From positions 1-54,590 of IMG/VR virus record IMGVR_UViG_3300043443_000432: 54,590 nucleotides of DNA. One strand, 5' to 3'. The stretch comes from a virus. Its lineage: Duplodnaviria > Caudoviricetes. The translations under genes were made by a program, and so were the position numbers. The notes below the pieces were generated by a model. The model saw nothing but the letters and a program-made list of their open reading frames with translations. It had not been told where the DNA came from and searched no databases. Below, piece after piece: positions 45,401 through 52,525 of this stretch; positions within the stretch are counted from its first letter, which is position 1; each line of letters opens with the position of its first letter.

Positions 45401-46788
45401 TCTTCGAGGGCTTGATTGTTGATGGTTTTATGTAAATGTTTTACAGCTTGTTCTTCGGATTTAAGACCAGTGGTGATGTATTTACCGGATTCTTTGTCAA
45501 ATATTGCAAGCGTTTCCGAGCTTGGAGTTGGGCGTCGAATCTCGTAACGATCGGGGGCGGACCAACCGCTAGGCATCTCTTGATTTTTGAGCTCCACCCA
45601 CTTGTACCCCTGGTCCGGGTACTCCTTCACAACCTGCGTGGCTGGGTTCATAGCACGAGCCATGTCGGCCTCGGCTTTTTGCGCCGCACGCCACTCGTTG
45701 ATCTTTGCCACGCGCTCAACGGCCTGGGGAACGGTCACCTTGTCGAGGTCGGAGTACTTCCAGCTCAGGTGCGCTGGCAAACCGGAGTTGGGGTTGACAG
45801 CGTTGCGAAGCTCGTCAACGAGGTGCGGGAAGCCGAGCGCGCCACCGGAATCACTGTAAGCGCCATACGTCATTGTTTCTGGTGGAACTTTAAGAAGCCA
45901 TGGGTTTTCAGCTTCAATACCTTGTGTTGTAAGACGATTTTTTGCAGGAAGATTGTGCAGCGCATAATCTGCCGCAGCCTCCCAGCGCTTGGCCTCTTCG
46001 GACTGACCAAAACCTTTAGCGGGAAAGCCAGCAGACTCTCGGCGAAGGGCCATTGTGTCGCCAAGGTAAGTATTTAAAGGCGCAACTTCTGAGTGCGTGA
46101 CGCCCTGCTCAGCCAACGCACGCAGAGGGTCTTCTGGGGTACCCATCTCGTTGCGCATATATTTGGCCAGTTTGGTTTCAAGCCATCGGTTCAAAGCCGA
46201 ATTCTGGTTATGCATGTCCAGAAAATATTTTGTTCCCTGAACTTTGTCAGCCGAAAACATATCCGGGTTATTGACAATGTTGCGCATTTCCTCGAATTGC
46301 CGAGCGGGAAGCTCGTTAAGACGCATCGGCTCAATTGCTCGCTCAACGCTTCCAGCCAGCCAGTTACCCCCCTTCGGCTTCACCACATGCGCTCCAGACT
46401 GCCCGGCCGCCAGCGCAAAGTCTCGAGCGGCTCGGCTGACCGCGGAGGGGAGGCCTGCAATCGCACGCAGAGGAGAGCCAGGACCGGTGTAAAAACCGCC
46501 GCCAAGCTGGCCCGCCGTTGTAAACGCCCGCCCGGCCGGAGTCTCGCTGACCGATCGCATCGGCAGGCGCTTTTCCACGTCCTCGCTGGTGGGAAGCACA
46601 GTCTGCTCGGACAGGCCGGGCAGCATGCGAATCAGCGACTCGATGTCGCCAGGCGCTCCCAGCACGCCGGATACCGCGCCGCGGGCCAGGGCAACAGGCA
46701 CGTCAGCCGCTGCACGGCGATCATTCAGCTCGGGGCGGCGGCGACCGGCAGAGCGGTAGCCAATGTATGCGCTCAGATCATCGGCCAC
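42463..46788 (-). CDS. Large multidomain (polyvalent-type) protein: PcfJ-like domain, xxGG linker, ejection-module paralog and HExxH domain
   Basis: EGETMGHCVGGY...IYSLRD..GQPHVTIEV; seven xxGG motifs; a block homologous to 20395..22272; LGHELYH. Confidence 0.8.
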   Translation of the reverse strand: MADDLSAYIGYRSAGRRRPELNDRRAAADVPVALARGAVSGVLGAPGDIESLIRMLPGLSEQTVLPTSEDVEKRLPMRSVSETPAGRAFTTAGQLGGGFYTGPGSPLRAIAGLPSAVSRAARDFALAAGQSGAHVVKPKGGNWLAGSVERAIEPMRLNELPARQFEEMRNIVNNPDMFSADKVQGTKYFLDMHNQNSALNRWLETKLAKYMRNEMGTPEDPLRALAEQGVTHSEVAPLNTYLGDTMALRRESAGFPAKGFGQSEEAKRWEAAADYALHNLPAKNRLTTQGIEAENPWLLKVPPETMTYGAYSDSGGALGFPHLVDELRNAVNPNSGLPAHLSWKYSDLDKVTVPQAVERVAKINEWRAAQKAEADMARAMNPATQVVKEYPDQGYKWVELKNQEMPSGWSAPDRYEIRRPTPSSETLAIFDKESGKYITTGLKSEEQAVKHLHKTINNQALEDALKYEGETMGHCVGGYCPDVSEGRSRIYSLRDENGQPHVTIEVKPGKNAEGLLRESELPPDVYEDLKRRNILDPNFRWRFDPDRNYYVPELGPFEPEIVQIKGSGKKDPGQRLRVKSAGYKDEPDAHLLPFVQDFVRSGNWGRVSDLGNTNLVDLGEEGLRTTGQRFLTNEEFLKMQSQNPGDFSLGGLVNKYAEGGVVMNQSNMNQANMYNSDAKQDPTSAYKFSDGGFAGNVPAYALGGLVQKYADGGPVARAPKNSKDLLDLLRSESIGSDPQIARGVDVAEARLANAPGVTPEVIESMVHELERVVQNPSSYPEVRAKAIEEGYAQPGDLPEQYDPQIVMSLLVLLYKLLDRMQGQKYAKGGAVNAVAAAGRGGDTMLAHLSPESVRLLTNMGGGGTVNPTTGLTEFKGGAGRLIKAIAPIALSIVAPGVGTAIGAALGASGAAASALGGAVIGGLSSAASGGNALKGALGGAIGGGLGTAVGGAANEAMNLGLGSTGSQVLGGALTGAAQGAVSGAGVLPGAIGGALGGYGTSLGGLTGAALQGMGGSTSSGGDALQGALGGISGFGGSQLGGIASESLGLTGGAANAVKGAVGAAVPAAMMGGNVARSALTGGIQGSNIGKTLLSSLASKYDIPNLQQQASMAFGPSKTEVEEEGGILAAPFGSQKGATGPAPYSGIPGTFSVASPDQVGRFANAAPEGSMRARYENLPVFETIGKDNYVQRFINAAESGYMNPAWATYRPDVQIMASNQPPINMGEDKANAYVPNRYYPGTKDTVMLVNSGDFTPAQAAQTLGHELYHVKQPGKDAYPGSPGFMREFNQNIGSTIPYLQEKYGYQGAYDARANTPLSERMADLQSFQFNQNIDLAKDPVFQQKVLNDPLAAAMWNASTVERTTRLDPRDLPPGKLTSSDFPKGQVPLTYQAQDAYRRFMNPGRTVNYAAGGLVSGANFPTDDFDPARIDSIVDQLHAMNAG

Positions 46789-47593
46789 GGTTGCACTCCT
46801 TGATGTAGTTGAGGGGGCCTTGAACTACGCCGCCTTGTTTAAATTTTTTGGACTTCAGGAACTCCAAAGCCGGCCCCTCTAGGCGGCGGAACAGCTCAAC
46901 GTCGGTCACATCGGGATCTGGAGCCAGTTGCTTTCTCCCGAGCTCAAGCTCATGACGGCCAAGTCCTTTGCCAGCTTGGTACCGCATCATCAGCAACGGC
47001 GCCGCCTCTTCAAGCAGGATGCTGATATCGTCGTCGCCTTCCAGGTAGGAACGCATGATCGGGTCGTCCAGAAGGCCACGCAGCGAACCGGAAGGTCGAG
47101 CGGCAAATTGAAGCTCCTGGCGAGCCTTACTGAACGTTTTGGGGTCCAGGACATTGACTGGATCCCGCGTGGCAAAAAAGTTGTAAGCACTTTGGCGCAG
47201 GCCGCTTTGTCGGTTGGCCGGAGTGGCAATCAGCGTTCGCACATCGCGGCCCGCGGTCGGCCCCCACTCGGTCGTATAGAACTCCAGGTCGGGTCGGCTT
47301 GGATTGACAGAAAACGCGCCACCTGCGCCACCCGGGTGCGTGTGGAAGTCAACGATGGCCGGAGCGCCTGGTGCTCGACGAGCAGCACTGATGTCAAATC
47401 GATTTGGCGTGACGGCGGACTCTTTGCCGCGGGTAATGGCGGATGCGCCGCCTTCGTCAGCCAGTCCGATGACCGAGTGCTCGCGACCAGTCTGCGCAGT
47501 CTGGCGCAGCGCCTCACGAATCACATCAGCTTGCTGAGGAGCCTCGCGAGCTAACAGAGCGCGAAGTTTTGCGAGAGCGGATAAGCCTGGCAT
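46778..47593 (-). CDS. JAB/MPN-like metalloprotease with C-terminal FKQGG motif
   Basis: GREHS...DFHTHPGG...PSRPD, matching E...HxH...SxxD. Confidence 0.65.
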   Translation of the reverse strand: MPGLSALAKLRALLAREAPQQADVIREALRQTAQTGREHSVIGLADEGGASAITRGKESAVTPNRFDISAARRAPGAPAIVDFHTHPGGAGGAFSVNPSRPDLEFYTTEWGPTAGRDVRTLIATPANRQSGLRQSAYNFFATRDPVNVLDPKTFSKARQELQFAARPSGSLRGLLDDPIMRSYLEGDDDISILLEEAAPLLMMRYQAGKGLGRHELELGRKQLAPDPDVTDVELFRRLEGPALEFLKSKKFKQGGVVQGPLNYIKECNRGR

Positions 47594-47597
47594 AGCC

Positions 47598-47873
47598 TCA
47601 CCACTTCACTTTGTTCGCCCAGTACGCCGCGCTCGACGGGCCCTTGGCGATATTCGACGCATGCCGCGCCTTAAACGAGGCCCGCTTGTCCTTCGTGGCC
47701 TGCGACTCACCTGGCTTGGGCTTGCCAGCCGTCTTGGCTCCCTGCTCGCCGAATCGGATCACCTTCTCGGTGCCGTCATAGCAGGCTTTGACGATGTGGG
47801 ACTTCTTCGGATGGTCCGGCGTGCGCTTCGGTTGATTGCAAGCCATCTCGGATTTCTTGGCGGTCTTTGTCAT
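47598..47873 (-). CDS. Small basic phage protein
   Basis: KVIRFG...RASFKARH...SAAYWA motif. Confidence 0.8.
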   Translation of the reverse strand: MTKTAKKSEMACNQPKRTPDHPKKSHIVKACYDGTEKVIRFGEQGAKTAGKPKPGESQATKDKRASFKARHASNIAKGPSSAAYWANKVKW

Positions 47874-48046
47874 TTAGACCTCCGAGCGGCACGAATGTTG
47901 TCGACCATGTTCGGGTACGGACGACCCGCCTTCTCCGCGGCGCGCTTCGCACTCGACTTTGCACTCGAAGACAACGCCTTCGGTGCGCCCAGGGAGCTGG
48001 GGCGCTTCTTGTCCCAGATCGGCTTTGCTGACGGTTTAGACGGCAT
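47870..48046 (-). CDS. 58-aa basic peptide (MPSKPSAKPIWDKKRP...YPNMVDN)
   Basis: Manual translation; overlaps the TerL end and has an ATGA overlap with the next gene. Confidence 0.7.
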   Translation of the reverse strand: MPSKPSAKPIWDKKRPSSLGAPKALSSSAKSSAKRAAEKAGRPYPNMVDNIRAARRSK

Positions 48047-49616
48047 ACGGGTTTACCCTTCCTTCGCGACGATGGGGCCGATCTTCGTCAACGTCGCGTG
48101 CTTGTGGCAGCTCGAACCAGCCGTCGTTTTTCAGGTAGATGACCGCCTGCGTGAGAGTGTCCACGTAGTCGTCATGTTCCGCGACGGGGAACTTTGCCAC
48201 TTGGTTCAAGAACGGCTGCGCCCAACTCACAGGCTGGCCGGGGTTCTTTGACGACTCCGGGATCCACAGCAGTCCAAGCTCCAACGTCGGCGCGGTCTGG
48301 TGCGCCCTCGACACCTTGTCCGCTTGTCCGGGATTGTAGCCAACGGCGGGCACTTTGGCCAACCTCAAATCTTGCAGCAAGGACTGGCCCGAAGCCTTGG
48401 CCTCCACCAGAAGCCGATCCGGACGCCTGCCCTTGGTCGGCATGCCCGCCTTGGGCGACTTGTCCGCCCCGTACTCGCTCGTCCAGTCCCGGATCACTTT
48501 TGCGCGAAGCTCCGGGTAACCCAGGTGCTCGTCCCAGGCGTCAAGCAGCATCGCGTTTCGCAGGCCGCGGTGCGTAAACACGCCCCAAACCGTGCAGGCC
48601 GTTGGGTCACCCGTGGTCCGCTCGGTGAACGCGCAGTCGTAGCTTTGCAGGATGTACTCAAACTGCGGCAAGCGTTGCGCGGTGGGCCAGAGGTTGAACC
48701 TGTCGGTTTTCAAGATTCCACCCTCTGCGGGCGAAGGCTCCTGCTGAAGCTGCCCGGCCGTGCCGTAGGTGCCAAGCAGTTGCTTGAGCTTCGTGATCTC
48801 CGCCTCTCCGAAGCGTGCGGGGCAGATCAGCTCGCCCTTCTCGCGCCGCGGGTCATAGGGGCCAAGCATCGTTTGACGGCTCTTTCCGTCCCACTCGGCC
48901 GGGATGCAGATATGCTCCCACCCACCGATGTCGTTCAGGATGTGGCCGCTGACGTCCTTCTCGTGCAGGCGCTGCATGACCGTAACCATGGCGTCGGTCT
49001 TAGGATTGTTCAGTCGGGTGGACCAGACCATGTCGAACCACTCGAGGGCGCTTTCACGCATCGTGTCCGACTGCGCATCCTGGGCGCCGTGCGGGTCGTC
49101 GAGGATTAGGCGCGAGCCACCCTCACCGGTTGCGGTACCGCCAACGGACGTGGCCAAGCGGTAGCCGGTCTTGTCGTTCTCGAAGCGCTGCTTGGCGTTC
49201 TGATCGCCCGAGAGCGAAAACATGTGGCCCCAGCGTTCCTGGTACCAGGGCGACTGGATCAAGCGCCTAGCCTTCAGGTTGTCGCGAATGGACAGCGTGC
49301 CGGAGTACGAGGCGGCGAGGAACTTCTGCTCGGGCTGGGCAATCCACTCCCAGGCACACCAAGCCACCGACACGATCGTCGACTTCGAATGCCGCGGCGG
49401 AATATTGATCAAAAGCCGCTGAATGTCGCCCGAGCTTACGGCCTCCAGGTGCTCGCAAATCAGCTCGATGTGCCAGCTCGGCACAAACGGGACGCCGGGC
49501 TCCATGACGTGCCAAGCCTGCTGCACGAACTCGTACAAGCTGGCGCTGGCCTTTCGCCTGGCCTGCTCTTTGGCGATCAGGTCCAGCACAACGGCGGGGG
49601 ACATCGGGGCGTTCAT
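48036..49616 (-). CDS. terL: Terminase large subunit
   Basis: INIPPRHSKS, ILDDPH, MQRLHEKD, QSYDCA, VEAKASG and HDDYVD. Confidence 0.95.
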   Translation of the reverse strand: MNAPMSPAVVLDLIAKEQARRKASASLYEFVQQAWHVMEPGVPFVPSWHIELICEHLEAVSSGDIQRLLINIPPRHSKSTIVSVAWCAWEWIAQPEQKFLAASYSGTLSIRDNLKARRLIQSPWYQERWGHMFSLSGDQNAKQRFENDKTGYRLATSVGGTATGEGGSRLILDDPHGAQDAQSDTMRESALEWFDMVWSTRLNNPKTDAMVTVMQRLHEKDVSGHILNDIGGWEHICIPAEWDGKSRQTMLGPYDPRREKGELICPARFGEAEITKLKQLLGTYGTAGQLQQEPSPAEGGILKTDRFNLWPTAQRLPQFEYILQSYDCAFTERTTGDPTACTVWGVFTHRGLRNAMLLDAWDEHLGYPELRAKVIRDWTSEYGADKSPKAGMPTKGRRPDRLLVEAKASGQSLLQDLRLAKVPAVGYNPGQADKVSRAHQTAPTLELGLLWIPESSKNPGQPVSWAQPFLNQVAKFPVAEHDDYVDTLTQAVIYLKNDGWFELPQARDVDEDRPHRREGRVNPYAV

Positions 49617-49810
49617 TGAACGAAGATTTCCCCGCGCTCGAGCTTATCGCGCTGGTCCATGGCGTTGTGCAGAATCACGCGGTCGTCCTCCTCGTCCGGT
49701 TGAGGGTGGCACCAGCACTGGCAGCTCGGCTCATGATCTCGCCAGTCGTTGATCGGGATGATGTGCCAGCGCTCAACGTCGTCACCTGGCGCAACCGACG
49801 ACGCCGTCAT
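49613..49810 (-). CDS. Small His/Cys protein
   Basis: H...H...CQCWCHP...H; coupled. Confidence 0.7.
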   Translation of the reverse strand: MTASSVAPGDDVERWHIIPINDWRDHEPSCQCWCHPQPDEEDDRVILHNAMDQRDKLERGEIFVQ

Positions 49811-50088
49811 CCGTGGCTGATCGCTTCTTGCAGCAGGCGGACGGCATCGAGCTGCGCGTTCAAGGTCCGCGTATCAACGTGGCCCGTCTCGGTAAGCGCC
49901 GAAGCCTGCGCCACGCACTGTTTCCCGAACGCGTCCAACAGCGCCACAATTCGCGCGCGCTCGTAGACGATTAGGGTTTCCCCGTATTCGGTCACCATGT
50001 CCTCGGGATACAGCGCCTGGAAGCGCCCGCCGTGGTCCAGCAGCGCGTCGATCGGGGATTCGGGCAAGGTTGGTTTTTCGAGCGTCAT
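49807..50088 (-). CDS. Hypothetical protein
   Basis: Coupled ORF. Confidence 0.65.
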   Translation of the reverse strand: MTLEKPTLPESPIDALLDHGGRFQALYPEDMVTEYGETLIVYERARIVALLDAFGKQCVAQASALTETGHVDTRTLNAQLDAVRLLQEAISHG

Positions 50089-50363
50089 TCGTTGCTCCAG
50101 TTAAAGCGCGCGCACTGTTCATCGGTGGCAAGTAAATCGTCCGGCATGTCAACGCGATCAATCCATGTGTCAAGCAAAACATGCAAAAAAGCGCGGTTGC
50201 GCTGACCAACCGTAAAGCCGTTGCTTGTCTTCAGCGGGTCGTTTATCAAGCCGCTAAATTCTGAATCGCGTTTGATTGAAAACTCGTCGCGGTCAGAATC
50301 GATATGCGCGTATGAGCTTGGGCGATTAAATCCGGAAATGATGGTGTAGCCTTGTTTTTTCAT
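50085..50363 (-). CDS. Hypothetical protein (more AT-rich)
   Basis: ATGA overlaps on both sides. Confidence 0.6.
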   Translation of the reverse strand: MKKQGYTIISGFNRPSSYAHIDSDRDEFSIKRDSEFSGLINDPLKTSNGFTVGQRNRAFLHVLLDTWIDRVDMPDDLLATDEQCARFNWSNE

Positions 50364-50842
50364 TCGTTGGGACCTTTCGCTTTGGACATCAGGGCTTGCA
50401 TTTGAGCGAGCTCAGCATCGCTCAGGTTTTTGAAGTCGACACTGGCCACGGTAATCGCGCCGCCGTCCTTGCCGGTGTGCTCCACGTGCTGCGTCTCGCG
50501 CCAGCCTAGCTGCGTGGCGCCCCAGTACCGCATCATGCCGGAGTCGCCAGCCAAAACCTTCTGAAAAATGCTTTTGGTCACCTGGGCATTTGCCTTGGCC
50601 TTGCCCCTGACCAACTCGTCTCGAAAATGCTCGCGCAAGGTGTCCAGGCTAATTCCATCACGAATCAACGCGCAAATGTGGTCCTGAGAAAGACCGTAAC
50701 CCGACAACGCCTCGACCTGACGCCGCTCTTGTTCGGTCGGCACAAACGCCGGACGACCAGCGCCAGACCGCGCTCCACCATGCGATTTAGGGACCCCGTG
50801 GGGGTTAGTGGGTTTTTCAAGTCTCGGCTTTTTGGTCGCCAT
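50360..50842 (-). CDS. terS: Terminase small subunit
   Basis: GGARSGAGRP, an HTH, GWRETQHVEHTGKDGGAI; lies upstream of TerL. Confidence 0.8.
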   Translation of the reverse strand: MATKKPRLEKPTNPHGVPKSHGGARSGAGRPAFVPTEQERRQVEALSGYGLSQDHICALIRDGISLDTLREHFRDELVRGKAKANAQVTKSIFQKVLAGDSGMMRYWGATQLGWRETQHVEHTGKDGGAITVASVDFKNLSDAELAQMQALMSKAKGPNE

Positions 50843-52118
50843 TTTTCACCTCAGCAAAAGTTTGTCCGGTCTCAGCCAAAGTGGCCTGTTTCCCGGTGAA
50901 CTGCTCCCAGCGCGTCACGATGACGTCGCAGTATTTTGGATCCAACTCCATCAACCGTGCAACCCGTCCGTTTTTCTCGGCCGCGATCACGGTGGTTCCA
51001 GACCCCCCAAAGCTGTCGAGCACCAGGTCACCGCCTTTGGTGTTGTTGAGCATCTGGTACTCGAACAACGCAACGGGCTTCATGGTCGGGTGCTCGCCGT
51101 TTCTGGACGGCTTGTCGAATTCCAGGATTGTCGTCTGTTTGCGGTCTGCTGCCCAGAGGTGGCCGGCGCCTTCTTTCCATCCGTAGAGGCATGGCTCGTG
51201 CTTCCAGTGGTAGTCCTGGCGTCCCATGACCATCGACGACTTCATCCAGATGAGGCACTGACGCACGGTCCAGCCTGCGTCTTTTGCTGCACCGCGGAAG
51301 TTGTAGCCCTCAGAGTCTGCGTGCCAAATGTAGAAAACTGCTCCGGGTTTCATAACCGAATCTGCTGCAGTGTAAGCATCGCGCAAAAACTGCCTGAATT
51401 GCTCGTCCCCCATTTCGTCGTTCTTAATTGTGAGGGATTCTTTTGTTTTGCCCTCATAAGCCACGTTGTACGGGGGGTCGGTCAGCCACATATCCACAAG
51501 CTGTCCTTCGCACAATTTGGCAAGGTCGTCCATGCTGGTTGAGTCCCCGCAAAGCAGCCTATGCTTGCCCATGACCCAGATGTCGCCTGGTTTTGTGACG
51601 GGATCCGGCGGTACCGGTGGAGCCTCGTCGGGGTCGGTCAGTCCGTCGGTAAGCTCCTCGGGCATGAGGGCGTCGATTTCGTCCTGGGTGAAGCCGGTAA
51701 GCTCCATGTCGAAGCCTTGCTCGAGCAGGTCTTTGAACTCGAGGGCGAGCATTTCGTTGTCCCAGCCGGCATTGAGGGCGAGTTTGTTGTCGGCGAGGAC
51801 GTATGCGCGTTTTTTGGCGTCGGACCAGCCTCGGGCTACCATGACCGGCACCTGGGTCATTTTGAGGCGCTGTGCGGCCATTGTGCGGCCGTGTCCGGCG
51901 ATTATTCCGCCCTCCTCGTCCACCAAGATTGGCGTAGTCCAACCCCACTCCTTGATCGAGGCAACCAGCTGTGCGATTTGCTCGTCGGAATGGGTGCGAC
52001 TGTTGCGTGCGTAAGGGATCAGTTTTTCGATCGGCCACTGCTCGATTTTGTCAGCCGGATTTCCGGTGAGTTTTTCGGCGGTGATTTCTGTGTTAATTTC
52101 AGCGGGCTGTTTTTTCAT
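50817..52118 (-). CDS. ParB-like domain fused to a class beta DNA amino-methyltransferase
   Basis: PYARNSRTHS...GHGR...ADNKL, then DPPY (motif IV) before LDSFGGSG (motif I), and HPTMKP. Likely start is ATG 52118. Confidence 0.92.
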   Translation of the reverse strand: MKKQPAEINTEITAEKLTGNPADKIEQWPIEKLIPYARNSRTHSDEQIAQLVASIKEWGWTTPILVDEEGGIIAGHGRTMAAQRLKMTQVPVMVARGWSDAKKRAYVLADNKLALNAGWDNEMLALEFKDLLEQGFDMELTGFTQDEIDALMPEELTDGLTDPDEAPPVPPDPVTKPGDIWVMGKHRLLCGDSTSMDDLAKLCEGQLVDMWLTDPPYNVAYEGKTKESLTIKNDEMGDEQFRQFLRDAYTAADSVMKPGAVFYIWHADSEGYNFRGAAKDAGWTVRQCLIWMKSSMVMGRQDYHWKHEPCLYGWKEGAGHLWAADRKQTTILEFDKPSRNGEHPTMKPVALFEYQMLNNTKGGDLVLDSFGGSGTTVIAAEKNGRVARLMELDPKYCDVIVTRWEQFTGKQATLAETGQTFAEVKNGDQKAET

Positions 52119-52177
52119 GCGTGCTCCGGTTTTTGAGGGGGTTGTAATTGAGTTGTGAATTATGCAACAGTTGTGCT

Positions 52178-52525
52178 TGGCACAGGATGGCACAGGTGGA
52201 ACAGGATAAAAGCAGACATTTTCACCGTATTCTTTCTTGCGCGTGTGTGTGCGTGTGTGCATGTGAATATATGCGTTTTATCCTGTGCCATCCTGTGCCA
52301 AAGTTAAAAAATATAATGAAATCAAAGGGTTATGAGTTTTTTTGATCCTGTGCCAAAACGATTTATCCTGTGCCGGCACAAGATGCATCCTGTGCCAAAC
52401 GTGAAAATCAGAAAGGTTCACCATCCGATTCCCAATCGTGACGCAGCCGAACGCCGGTGTAAAGGTTCAATCTTGTGCCAGAACCGTCCGTGGCACAGGA
52501 TTCTTCGCCTCCTGATCCTGTGCCA
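52178..52525. repeat. Iteron cluster (ATCCTGTGCCA, 12 copies in both orientations); putative replication origin
   Basis: Forward copies at 52280, 52290, 52345, 52365, 52387, 52470 and 52515. Reverse copies at 52178, 52188, 52197, 52374 and 52491. Some copies carry 1-2 mismatches; spacers are AT-rich. Confidence 0.8.

Noticed and set aside
46778-47593. Lambda tail-tip protein K orthologue
   Set aside because: No NlpC/P60 fusion and no gpI/gpL/gpJ neighbours; the phage lacks siphovirus tail genes.
52119-52262. N-terminal extension of the methyltransferase given by the ORF track
   Set aside because: It runs through the iteron/RY region; ATG 52118 has a GGAG RBS and starts protein-like sequence.
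52178-52525. Possible CRISPR array or mini-array
   Set aside because: Repeats are only 11 nt, occur in both orientations and are irregularly spaced; no cas genes.
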